Assembly (NCBI GenBank): GCA_965232515.1
Contig: CBDDPY010000002.1
Location: forward strand, 1,632,001 to 1,696,000
Source of the DNA: Alphaproteobacteria bacterium
Lineage (GTDB): Bacteria > Pseudomonadota > Alphaproteobacteria > GCA-2731375
Length of the DNA stretch: 64,000 nucleotides
Direction: 5' to 3'
Positions 46,433 to 55,255 of the stretch are shown in pieces. Position 1 is the first letter of the stretch. Each line of letters opens with the position of its first letter. Position numbers and translations under genes: made by a program. The notes beneath the pieces are model-generated. The model had not been told where the DNA came from. It searched no databases and saw only the letters and a list, made by a program, of their open reading frames with translations.

Positions 46433-47368
46433 TCAACTCGGCGGCCGTGGGGCGCCGGCCGACGCGGCGCGGGTGGCGTTGAGCCTGGCTTCGCGGTAGG
46501 CGATGTAGGTGGTGCTGGCGAAGATCGTCAGGCCGCCGATCCAGGTGAACAGCTCCGGCACCTCTGCGAAGATGAAGAAGCCGAGGGCGCTGGCCCAGAT
46601 CAGCCGGGTGAAGTCGAGCGGCAGCACTGCCGTGGCGTCGGCGAGCTTGAAGGCCTGCGCCATCGCGACATGCGCGATACTGCCGACCGCGCCCATCAGC
46701 AGCAGCCAGGCATATTCCTCGGCCGTCGGCCATTGCCAGACGAAGACGGCCGGAATCAGCGACAGGGGCGTCATGAACAGGCCCATGTAAGCGGTGATTG
46801 TCAGGCTGGAATCGGTCCGCGACAGCACCTTGATGACGAGCATGGCGCAGGCCCAGATCGCCGATGAGGTCAGCACCAGGATCGCGCCGGTGTCGAGCGT
46901 GACCAGGCCCGGCCGGATGATGATCAGCGCGCCGATAAAGCCGACGATAAGCGCCGTGATGCGCCGCAGGCGCAGACGCTCGCCCAGAAAGATGACGGCG
47001 CCGATGGTGGCGAACAGCGGCGCCGTGAAGCTCATGGCCGAGATCTTGGCGAGCGGCGAGATGCTGACGGCGGTGAAGAACATCAGCATGGCGCAAATCT
47101 GAATGGCGCTGCGCAGCAGATGCAGCGGCAGATTTTCGGTCCGGAACACGGACAGGCCATGACGCACGAAGAACGGCGCCAGGACGACCAGGCCGAAGAA
47201 GTTACGGAAGAAGGCGATCTCGAACGGGTGCAGGTCGCTTGCCGTGTGCTTGATGATCGCGTGCATGCCGGAAAAGCCCAGCGTCGACACGACGATCAGC
47301 AGCATCGCCCGCGGCGTCGGCGGGATACGGTTCGACTGTGTTTTGAGGAACGACAACAGAGAGGACAT
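46433..47368 (-). CDS. DMT/EamA family transporter
   Basis: About 10 TM helices; EIAFFRN, FLGERL, FAEVP. Confidence 0.9.
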   Translation of the reverse strand: MSSLLSFLKTQSNRIPPTPRAMLLIVVSTLGFSGMHAIIKHTASDLHPFEIAFFRNFFGLVVLAPFFVRHGLSVFRTENLPLHLLRSAIQICAMLMFFTAVSISPLAKISAMSFTAPLFATIGAVIFLGERLRLRRITALIVGFIGALIIIRPGLVTLDTGAILVLTSSAIWACAMLVIKVLSRTDSSLTITAYMGLFMTPLSLIPAVFVWQWPTAEEYAWLLLMGAVGSIAHVAMAQAFKLADATAVLPLDFTRLIWASALGFFIFAEVPELFTWIGGLTIFASTTYIAYREARLNATRAASAGAPRPPS

Positions 47369-47419
47369 CTGCCGGCAACATAGCCGTCTCGACCTCGGGA
47401 CCGCAATCGCGGTTCGCCG

Positions 47420-48841
47420 TCAGGTTCCCGAAACGGGCAAAACGACGCGGGCCAGCAGGCCGCCGCCGGGTGCGTCGGCGAGGGTTATGTCGCCGCCATG
47501 CCGGCGGGTAATGGCGCGCACCACGGCGAGGCCGAGTCCGGTGCCGCCGGTCTCGCGGCTGCGCGAGCCCTCCAGGCGGAAGAACGGCGTGAAGACCTTC
47601 TCGCGCATGTCGACCGGGATGCCGGGGCCACGGTCGGCGACCGTCACCTCGACGCGATCGTCGTGGCCAGTCAGCCCGACCTTGGCCTCGCTGCCGTAGC
47701 GCACGGCGTTGTCGATCAGGTTGGCGAAGGCCCGGCGCAAGGCCGTCGGCCGGCCTTCGAAGGTCAGCCGGTCGGGGCCGTCATAGGCTACCGCCTGGCC
47801 GGCGTCGGCGAGATCGTCGCACAGGCTCTGCAGCAGGCTGGCGATGTCAAAGCGCGTACGCGGCTCCTCGGCCGCGTCGTCGCGCGCGAACGACAGGGTC
47901 GCGTCCAGCATCGACTGCATCTCGTCCAAGTCGTTCAGCGCCTTACGCTGCTGCTCGTCGTCCTCGATGAACTCGGCGCGCAGGCGCAGACGCGTGAGCA
48001 TTGTGCGCAGGTCGTGCGAGATCGCCGCCAGCATCAGGGTGCGGTCGTCGACAAAGCGGCGCAGCCGTTCCTGCATGCGGTTGAAGGCGCGCGTGGCCCG
48101 TCTCAGCTCGCGGCTACCGTGCTCGGGCAGCGGCGTTGCCCGGACGTCGAGACCGAGCCGGTCGGCGGCCTCGGTAAAACGCCGCAGCGGCCGGGTCAGC
48201 CGGTGGGCCGCCCAGATCGAGATCAACACGATCAGTCCCACCATCGCCGCCAGCCAGATCAACGCCGGCCAGCCCCGGCGGATCGGTCGGTCATGGCGCG
48301 CCGTGAACACCAGCCAGCTGCCGTCGGACTGGCCGACCGAGACCAGGACGCCGCCCCGCCATCGCGGCAAGTCGTGCGTCTGCGGCGGCATCACGTCGTC
48401 CAGCGAGTCGCGCCAGCCGGCCAGGACCTGAATCTCAACCGGACGGTCGCCGAGCGGTTGCAGCAGCCGACTCAAGTGTCGCCGAATCCGTTGTTCGAAC
48501 CGGCGCTCCTCGCCGATGCGCGGCGGCGGCGCCGGCAGGAACTGTACCTGCAGCAAGGGGCCGTTCAAGGCCCGCAACAGGCGCGGTCGCTCGGCCACCG
48601 GTGTCGTTTCGGCCAGTTCGACAATGGCGATGACACGGTCGGCGGCCTGCTGCGCCGTCCGGTTGACGAACGCCGTGCGCCGTTCGGACCAGTCGAAAGC
48701 CTCGTGCGCAACGATGATGGCGATCAGGCCGAGCACGATAATGACGGCGACGCGGCCCGCGATTCCGCTGGGCCATAGTCGGAAGGCCCGTCGGAAGGGG
48801 CGCTGGAAGCGGCCCCGCGTGTCGGTCTCCTCCGTCGTCAT
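47420..48841 (-). CDS. Sensor histidine kinase (HAMP, EnvZ-like)
   Basis: 2 TM, HAMP, ISHDLRT, NLIDNAVRY, DRGPGI, GTGLGL. Confidence 0.95.
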   Translation of the reverse strand: MTTEETDTRGRFQRPFRRAFRLWPSGIAGRVAVIIVLGLIAIIVAHEAFDWSERRTAFVNRTAQQAADRVIAIVELAETTPVAERPRLLRALNGPLLQVQFLPAPPPRIGEERRFEQRIRRHLSRLLQPLGDRPVEIQVLAGWRDSLDDVMPPQTHDLPRWRGGVLVSVGQSDGSWLVFTARHDRPIRRGWPALIWLAAMVGLIVLISIWAAHRLTRPLRRFTEAADRLGLDVRATPLPEHGSRELRRATRAFNRMQERLRRFVDDRTLMLAAISHDLRTMLTRLRLRAEFIEDDEQQRKALNDLDEMQSMLDATLSFARDDAAEEPRTRFDIASLLQSLCDDLADAGQAVAYDGPDRLTFEGRPTALRRAFANLIDNAVRYGSEAKVGLTGHDDRVEVTVADRGPGIPVDMREKVFTPFFRLEGSRSRETGGTGLGLAVVRAITRRHGGDITLADAPGGGLLARVVLPVSGT

Positions 48842-49557
48842 CGCCGCGCCACCTCGCAGGTGAAGATGTAGCCGCCGCCGCGCACGGTCTTGATCATCGC
48901 CGGCTCGCGCGGGTCCACCTCGATCTTGCGGCGCAGGCGGCTGAGCTGAACGTCGATGCTGCGGTCGAACGGCACCGCCGCACGGCCGCGGGTCAGGTCC
49001 AACAACTGCTCGCGGCTGAGCACACGTTTGGGGTGCGCGGCGAAGGCCGCCAGCAGGTCGAACTCGCCGCCGGTCAGCGGCACCAGCACGTCGTCGGGCG
49101 AGCGCAGTTCGCGCCGCGCCAAGTCGAGACGCCAGCCGTCGAACGACAGCACCTCGTCGTCGGCGGGCTCGTCGGTGCGCGGCGCGGCGCCGGTCCGGCG
49201 CAGCACCGCCTTGATCCGGGCCAGAAGCTCACGCGGATTGAAGGGCTTGGCCAGATAGTCGTCGGCGCCCATTTCCAGGCCGATGATGCGGTCAGTCTCC
49301 TCGCCGATCGCCGTCAGCATGATCACCGGCAGGTTCGAGTCGGCGCGCAGCCTCCGGCAGAGGCTGAGCCCGTCCTCGCCCGGCAGCATCAGGTCGAGCA
49401 CGACGAGGTCGAAGCGGCCGTCGGTCAGCGTCTGCATCATCGCCCGGCCGTCGGCGGCCGTGTCGACCCGGTAGCCGTGCTTGGTCAGGAAACGGGCCAC
49501 GAGATCGCGGATCTCGCGGTCGTCGTCGACGACCAGGATATGCGGGCTGCGGCTCAT
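48838..49557 (-). CDS. OmpR family response regulator
   Basis: ILVVDDD, LDLMLPGEDG, GADDYLAKPF, FDRSIDV, IKTVRGGGY. Confidence 0.95.
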   Translation of the reverse strand: MSRSPHILVVDDDREIRDLVARFLTKHGYRVDTAADGRAMMQTLTDGRFDLVVLDLMLPGEDGLSLCRRLRADSNLPVIMLTAIGEETDRIIGLEMGADDYLAKPFNPRELLARIKAVLRRTGAAPRTDEPADDEVLSFDGWRLDLARRELRSPDDVLVPLTGGEFDLLAAFAAHPKRVLSREQLLDLTRGRAAVPFDRSIDVQLSRLRRKIEVDPREPAMIKTVRGGGYIFTCEVARR

Positions 49558-49600
49558 GGCGGGGATTATAGGGAGCGGCTGTCGCCCTGCTTGGGAATTT

Positions 49601-49679
49601 TGTAACGCAATGTTGCAGAAGCCCGGCCTGCAATCGGACGTTACCAAACGCCGGATTCCGGGACATGCGCGCGTTACAA
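49601..49679. promoter_or_regulatory. Candidate response-regulator boxes in the divergent promoter
   Basis: TGTAAC-N4-TGTTGC at 49601-49616, with further GTTACC and GTTACA half-sites towards the spy-like gene. Confidence 0.5.
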
Positions 49680-49746
49680 ACGGGTCTTAGGTCTTGGGTC
49701 AAGGCGCCGGCTCGGCGCCGAACAACGACCAACAAGGAGATCTGAC

Positions 49747-50277
49747 ATGACCCGCAAGCGTCTTCTCGGTTTCGCCGGCGCCGCCGCCATCGGCCTCGCC
49801 GTCACCGTGACCGCGATCTACGTGGCGCCGTCGGACCTGGCGGCGCAGACCGCCGAGGTCGTCGCCGCGACGCCCGCGTTCTTCGGCAGCCGGCATGGCG
49901 GCTGGCGCGGCCATCACGGTGGCCGTGGCATGGCCCGGCTGTGCAGCGATGCCCGCGACGAAGGCCTGAACCGCGCGATCTCGTTCGTGGAAGGCATCAT
50001 GGCCTTCACGCCGCCGCAGGAGGAAGCCTGGGCCAAGCTGGCCACCTCGCTGCGCGCCGGCAGCGACTCGATCGGCGAGGCCTGCGGCGACATGCGCGCG
50101 GCCGGCCGGCCGGACACTGCACCGGAACGCCTGGCACGGCTCGCCAGCATGATGACCACGGGCGTCTCGATCATCGAGCAGGTCCGACCCGATTTCGACG
50201 CCTTCTATGCGACGTTGTCTGAGAAGCAGCAAAAGGCCCTCGACGACCTGATGCAGCATCGCGGCCGCCGCAGCTAG
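49747..50277 (+). CDS. Spy/CpxP family periplasmic chaperone-like protein
   Basis: Signal/TM, TPPQEEAW, TAPERL, FYATLSEKQQ (LTxxQ-like); AAGGAG RBS. Confidence 0.85.
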   Translation: MTRKRLLGFAGAAAIGLAVTVTAIYVAPSDLAAQTAEVVAATPAFFGSRHGGWRGHHGGRGMARLCSDARDEGLNRAISFVEGIMAFTPPQEEAWAKLATSLRAGSDSIGEACGDMRAAGRPDTAPERLARLASMMTTGVSIIEQVRPDFDAFYATLSEKQQKALDDLMQHRGRRS

Positions 50278-50286
50278 GCCGAAGCA

Positions 50287-50313
50287 CCCGCCGCGGTACA
50301 GCGCCGCGGCGGG
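50287..50313 (+). other. Intercistronic hairpin
   Basis: CCCGCCGCGG-N7-CCGCGGCGGG directly after the spy-like stop; no clear U tract. Confidence 0.55.
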
Positions 50314-50341
50314 CATCCTTCCATCTTTCGAGGGGTCCGAC

Positions 50342-50827
50342 ATGACGATGTCAACGATGGCGCGGCGCAGCGACGACAACCCCAACGTTGTCGCGCGGCC
50401 GCCCTACCTGTTTCTGGGCGCCATCGCGATCGGCGCAGCCATCGACTTCTTCTGGCCGGTGCCGATGTTTCCGAACATCCTGCAGCTTGCCGTCGGTTTG
50501 CCGCTGATCGGCGCCGGTTTTGCCATCATGATCGCCGCGATGCGACGGTTCAGCCGGGCCGGCACCAACGTGCCGACCTATCTGCCGACCCGGGCGCTGG
50601 TGAAAAGCGGACCCTACCGTTACTCCCGCAACCCGATCTATGTGGCGCTGGCGCTGATCCATGCCGGTATCGGCTTCAGCGCCGACAGCATCTGGGTGCT
50701 GGCGATGCTGCTGCCGGTGCTGCCGGTGATCCGCTGGGGCGTGGTCGCGCGCGAAGAGCGGTATCTCACAGACAAGTTCGGCGACGAATACCAACGCTAC
50801 AAAGCGGCCGTGCCGCGCTGGTTCTGA
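50342..50827 (+). CDS. Isoprenylcysteine carboxylmethyltransferase family protein
   Basis: LVKSGPYRYSRNPIY, REERYLTDKFGDEYQRYKAAVPRW. Confidence 0.9.
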   Translation: MTMSTMARRSDDNPNVVARPPYLFLGAIAIGAAIDFFWPVPMFPNILQLAVGLPLIGAGFAIMIAAMRRFSRAGTNVPTYLPTRALVKSGPYRYSRNPIYVALALIHAGIGFSADSIWVLAMLLPVLPVIRWGVVAREERYLTDKFGDEYQRYKAAVPRWF

Positions 50828-50857
50828 CCGCGGTCCAGACAAGGGAGGCAAAGGACC

Positions 50858-51562
50858 ATGCTGCAAGCAATCGCCGCGCCCTGGTTCGACAAATCCAGCC
50901 TGCATGCGCGCTACCGTTTTCTGCAGAGCGGCCTGTGGGAAGGTCTGCATGGCCGTCGCCGCCGCACGGCGTTCCAGGTCCGCGAGGCGGCCGTGATGTT
51001 CGCGGACCTTCGTGGCTTCACGCAAATGGCCGAATATCTCCCGCCCCGCGATGTCGTGGCCCTGCTCCAGGGTTTCTATGGTCGCATGTCAGACATCGTC
51101 GCCCGTCATGGCGGCAGCGTTGAGGCCTTTTTGGGCGACGGTCTGATGGCGACCTTCGGCGACGATGACGGCCGGCGCGCGGCGGCGAACGCATTGAGCT
51201 GCGCCGACGCCGCCTTCGCCGCCATCGCCACATGGAATGACGAACGCACGGCCATGGCGCTGCCCCGGGTGCGTCTGTCGGTCGGTCTGCACCATGGCGA
51301 CGTGGTGCTGAGCGACGTCACCGGCGAGCGCCATGCCGGCGTCAAGGCGCTGGGCGACGTCGTCAATGTCGCCAGCCGTCTCGAGAAGCTGACCCGCGAG
51401 CTCGATTGCTGCGCCGTCATCAGCGACGATCTGGTGCGCGCGGCGCGCCATCATGCCCCGCAGCAGGTGGCGCTGGCGCTGGCGGACTTCAGCCGGATCG
51501 ACGGCCAGCATCTGCGCGGCCGCGACCGGGCGCTCGACGTCTGGGTGCTGCCGGCAGGATAG
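50858..51562 (+). CDS. Stand-alone class III adenylate/guanylate cyclase domain protein
   Basis: VMFADLRGFT, FLGDGLMA, GLHHG, GDVVNVASRLE, LRGR. Confidence 0.88.
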   Translation: MLQAIAAPWFDKSSLHARYRFLQSGLWEGLHGRRRRTAFQVREAAVMFADLRGFTQMAEYLPPRDVVALLQGFYGRMSDIVARHGGSVEAFLGDGLMATFGDDDGRRAAANALSCADAAFAAIATWNDERTAMALPRVRLSVGLHHGDVVLSDVTGERHAGVKALGDVVNVASRLEKLTRELDCCAVISDDLVRAARHHAPQQVALALADFSRIDGQHLRGRDRALDVWVLPAG

Positions 51563-51626
51563 CTCGACGCGATCCTCTCGCCTTGTCATGCTGGTGCCGA
51601 CGGACGGGCCAGAGGGGAGAGACGAC

Positions 51627-52301
51627 ATGCCATTGAACTATCTTGAGGACACGCCGCCGGTGACCGATGCGCTGCGCGCGGCCGTGGTCGAGGACTTGCC
51701 GGAGATCGACGACATCACCGACGTCGAGCTGCGGACCAAGGTGATCGAGGCCTGGGCGACGGCACTCGCCGGCTCCAGCTTCGACCGCATTACCGACATT
51801 CCCGGCGCCGGCAACCCGAACGATTTCGTGCTGAAGCGCGGCAGTCAGGCCGATCACCTGCGCGGCGTCGCGCATTTCGCCACCATGATGGTGGACGAGT
51901 TCCGACGCACGCACCCGGAAGCCGAGGTCAACCGCGACGTGGTGCTGGCCGGCGCGCTGTGTCACGACGTCGGCAAGGCCTGGGAGTTCGATCCGGTGAA
52001 CCAGGCGCGCTGGCGGGACGATCCGTCACGCGCCGGACAGCCGTCGCTGCGGCACTCGGTGTTCGGCGTGCATATCTGCCTCAGCGTCGGCCTGCCCGAG
52101 GAGATCGCGCATATCGCGCTCGGCCACTCGATGGAGGGCCAGCACATCGGGCTCAGCACCGAATGCACGATCGTGCGCCACGCCGACCATACCTGGTGGC
52201 TGACCGCCTGCTCGCTCGGCCTGCTGCAGCCGGACACCATCGCGCATGCCGGTCCGACCATGCGTCCCCGCCGCCTGCCCAACGAACCGCGGGCGGCCTG
52301 A
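51627..52301 (+). CDS. HD-domain metal-dependent phosphohydrolase
   Basis: ADHLRGV, LCHDVGK, LRHS, GHS, HAD. Confidence 0.85.
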   Translation: MPLNYLEDTPPVTDALRAAVVEDLPEIDDITDVELRTKVIEAWATALAGSSFDRITDIPGAGNPNDFVLKRGSQADHLRGVAHFATMMVDEFRRTHPEAEVNRDVVLAGALCHDVGKAWEFDPVNQARWRDDPSRAGQPSLRHSVFGVHICLSVGLPEEIAHIALGHSMEGQHIGLSTECTIVRHADHTWWLTACSLGLLQPDTIAHAGPTMRPRRLPNEPRAA

Positions 52302-52306
52302 GACGG

Positions 52307-53119
52307 CTAAAACCGCTTGTCGCTGTCGAGCACGTCGCCGGGCTTGAGCGTGGGCCGGCGGCGGAGCTCCTCGTAGTAGGGCGTGAAGTCCGGCGCCGTC
52401 GCCTCGAACAGCTGATCGAAGCTGTCGATGACGAAATAGCTCTCCTGGTAGTCGTCGATGCGGTAGTTCGTCTGCATGATGCGCAGCAGATCGAATCCGA
52501 GCCGGTTCGGCTTCGGGTCCTCCAGGCAGTAGATCGACTCGCCCTTGGACGAGACGATGCCGGCGCCGTAGATGCGCATGCCTTCTGATGTGTTGATCAG
52601 GCCGAATTCGACGGTGTACCAGTAGAGCCTGGCGAGATAATTCAGGGCGTTCAGGCCCAACGCCTTCAGGCCGCCCTTGCCGTAGGCCTCCATGTAGTCG
52701 CCGAACACCGGATTGGCCAGCATCGGCACATGGCCGTAGATGTCGTGGAAGGCGTCCGGCTCCTGCAGATAGTCCATCTGCTCCGGCTTGCGGATCCACC
52801 ATGTCACCGGAAAGCGCCTGTTGGCGAGGTAGTGGAAAAACACGTCGTCCGGCACCAAGCCCTCGACGGCGATGATGCGCCAGCCGGTCTCGCCCTCGAG
52901 AACGTCGCTGAGACGCTCATAGTCGGGAATGCCGTCGGCGGCGACGCCGAGCGTCTCGAGCCCGTCGAGGAATTCCTGGCAGGCCCGGCCGGGCAGCAAC
53001 TTCGCCTGGCGCTGGAACAGCGTGCGCCAGGTGGCGTGCTCGGTTTCGGTGTAGGCGTTCCAATCCTGCTTGACGATAAAGTCGTCGGGATCGGTCGACA
53101 GCTTGACCTCCGCGTGCAT
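52307..53119 (-). CDS. phhA: Phenylalanine 4-monooxygenase
   Basis: DYLQEPDAFHDIYGHVPML, RLYWYTVEFGL, IYGAGIVSS, YFVIDSF. Confidence 0.95.
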   Translation of the reverse strand: MHAEVKLSTDPDDFIVKQDWNAYTETEHATWRTLFQRQAKLLPGRACQEFLDGLETLGVAADGIPDYERLSDVLEGETGWRIIAVEGLVPDDVFFHYLANRRFPVTWWIRKPEQMDYLQEPDAFHDIYGHVPMLANPVFGDYMEAYGKGGLKALGLNALNYLARLYWYTVEFGLINTSEGMRIYGAGIVSSKGESIYCLEDPKPNRLGFDLLRIMQTNYRIDDYQESYFVIDSFDQLFEATAPDFTPYYEELRRRPTLKPGDVLDSDKRF

Positions 53120-53233
53120 GGCATCGGTCTCCTTCGAAGCGATGATCGCCGGGCGTTTCAGGTCCCGGCCGTTTCGCCTAATGTAAGCTGGGAGTGGTTA
53201 ATTTGCAGCCACGAAGCGTTGGCGCACGGGAGG

Positions 53234-53695
53234 ATGACGATGGCCGGCTTTAAGATCTTGGCAACCAATCACACGAGCTTCACGGTGAGCGATCTCGACC
53301 GGTCGATCGGCTTTTTCACGCAAGCGCTTGGCTTCGAGCTGCTGAGCCGGGCGCCGCGCGATCCGGCCGCGATCCGGCAGATCACCGGCGTGTCCGGGGC
53401 CGAGATGGAGGTCGCCTTCGTGCAGGGCCCCGGCCATCGAATCGAGCTGATCCAGTATCTGGCGCCGGCCGACAAGGGCCGGGTCGAATCGCGTCCCTGC
53501 GACACCGGCTTCGCCCATATCGCCTACGACGTCGACAACATCGAGGGCGCGATCGCGGCGGCCGCCGACCACGACGTCCAGCCCATCGGCGCGCCCTACG
53601 TGATCGATCAGGGCCCGAACACCGGCTGCCGCGTCGCCTACCTCCGCGACCCCGACGGAATCACGGTGGAGTTCATCGAGAAGAAGGCAGCATAG
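53234..53695 (+). CDS. VOC/glyoxalase family protein
   Basis: NHTSFTVSDLDRSIGFF, IELIQY, HIAYDV, YLRDPDGITVE. Confidence 0.9.
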   Translation: MTMAGFKILATNHTSFTVSDLDRSIGFFTQALGFELLSRAPRDPAAIRQITGVSGAEMEVAFVQGPGHRIELIQYLAPADKGRVESRPCDTGFAHIAYDVDNIEGAIAAAADHDVQPIGAPYVIDQGPNTGCRVAYLRDPDGITVEFIEKKAA

Positions 53696-53720
53696 TCCGC
53701 GGCAATCGCACCGCGCGACG

Positions 53721-53821
53721 CTTCGAGACGCCCGCTGACGCGGGCTCCTCAGCGTGAGGGCTATTCGTGGAAAACGCTCAACCTCAGCCTGAGGAGCGGT
53801 CCGAAAGGCCGCGTCTCGAAG
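53721..53821. repeat. Alphaproteobacterial palindromic repeat (CTTCGAGACG...CTCCTCAG type)
   Basis: CTTCGAGACG...GCTCCTCAGCGTGAGG and inverted CCTCAGCCTGAGGAGC...CGTCTCGAAG between convergent genes. Confidence 0.8.
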
Positions 53822-53835
53822 GCGGCAACGGGCAC

Positions 53836-53866
53836 AAAAAAGCCCGCGCCGGAGTCCGGCGCGGGC
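53836..53866 (-). terminator. Rho-independent terminator of the TRAP binding protein gene
   Basis: GCCCGCGCCGG-N3-CCGGCGCGGGC followed by T6 on the minus strand, about 20 nt after the stop. Confidence 0.85.
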
Positions 53867-53887
53867 CTCTCTGTTGGCGTATCCGCG

Positions 53888-54991
53888 TCAGCCGTACTTG
53901 AACGGCAGCGAGCGCGCGTTCCAGAACGCCTGGTCGGCGATCTTCGCCCAGCCGATCGACTTCGTGCGGTAGGCGATGAAGCTGTCGTAGACCTTCTGGG
54001 TCATGGCATCGTCGGCCGCCGCTTCCTTGACGACCTCGCCGGAGACCCGGCCGATCTCGGCCATCAGCTCGTCCGGGAACTTCTTCAGCTGTACGCCGTG
54101 CTTCTTCACCAGGACGTCCAGCGAATTGGCGTTCTGGGTGTTGAAGTCGGCGTATTCCTTCCAGGCCTGGGCCTGGATCACGGCGTCCAGCATGGCCTGC
54201 TGATCGGACGGCAGGCTCTTCCAGACGTCGAGGTTGAACAGCACCTCGCCCGAGGTTCCCGGCTCATGGAAACCCGGCCAGTAGTAGTTCTTGGCGACCT
54301 TGTAGAAGCCGAAGGCCAGGTCGTTCCACGGACCGACCCATTCGGTCGCGTCGATGGCGCCGGATTGCAGCGCCGGGAAGATCTCGCCGCCTGGCAGGTT
54401 GACGGCCGCGGCGCCGATCCGGCGCAGCACTTCGCCGCCCAGACCCGGCATGCGGATCTTCAGGCCCTTCATGTCCTCAAGGCTGTTGATCTCCTTGCGG
54501 AACCAACCGCCCATCTGGACGCCGGTGCTGCCGCGCAGGAACGGCTTCAGGTTGAAGCCGGCCGCCAGCTCGTCCCACAGCTCCTGGCCGCCGCCGGCAT
54601 AGATCCAGCCGGCATGCTCGGTGCCGGTCAGACCGAACGGCACTGCGGTGAAGAAGTTGAAGGCCTTGGACTTGCCCTGCCAGTAGTAGGCCGCCGAGTG
54701 GCTCATATCCGCCGTGCCGCTGGAGACGGCATCGAAGCTCTCGAACGGCGGCACCAGCTCGCCGGCGGCGAAGACCTTGATCTTCAGCTTGCCCTCGGAC
54801 ATGGCCTCGACCCGCGCGGCCAGATCCTCGGCCGCGGTGCCCAGACCCGGGAACCGCTTCGGCCATGTGGTGACCATTTTCAATTCCCGCGTGCCCTGCG
54901 CGATGGCCGGCGTCGGGAATGTTGACGCGGCGGCGGCCGCGCCGGCGACACCGGTGACGGCGGCGCCTCTTAGGAATAAGCGACGTTTCAT
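53888..54991 (-). CDS. TRAP transporter substrate-binding protein (DctP, TakP-like) with Tat signal
   Basis: MKRRLFL, MVTTWPK, AAYYWQGK, QMGGWFRKEI, KIRMPGLGG, DATEWVGP, YWPGFHE. Confidence 0.94.
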   Translation of the reverse strand: MKRRLFLRGAAVTGVAGAAAAASTFPTPAIAQGTRELKMVTTWPKRFPGLGTAAEDLAARVEAMSEGKLKIKVFAAGELVPPFESFDAVSSGTADMSHSAAYYWQGKSKAFNFFTAVPFGLTGTEHAGWIYAGGGQELWDELAAGFNLKPFLRGSTGVQMGGWFRKEINSLEDMKGLKIRMPGLGGEVLRRIGAAAVNLPGGEIFPALQSGAIDATEWVGPWNDLAFGFYKVAKNYYWPGFHEPGTSGEVLFNLDVWKSLPSDQQAMLDAVIQAQAWKEYADFNTQNANSLDVLVKKHGVQLKKFPDELMAEIGRVSGEVVKEAAADDAMTQKVYDSFIAYRTKSIGWAKIADQAFWNARSLPFKYG

Positions 54992-55255
54992 TATTTCAAT
55001 TCCCCGTTGACGGTTTTCCCAGATGTCAGCGTCGAACCACCGATGCCATTTCGCCATGACGGCTGCGACACCACCCCTCCGGCGCGCAGCTTAACCTTGC
55101 CGTCACATAGGTGCAATGCAACGTCACGCATTCATTTGATCGAAAATTCCATACTTGCCGGCGATCCTCGCGCGCCTATGATCGCCCACGGCGGCAGGCC
55201 CGTCACCGCGGCCTTTCGCCGCGTTTCGCCGACAACGTGAAAGGTTCGCCCCGGC

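Noticed and set aside
50858-52301. Pycsar/CBASS anti-phage system
   Set aside because: No cyclic-nucleotide-binding TM or TIR effector, no defence-island context, host-like composition.
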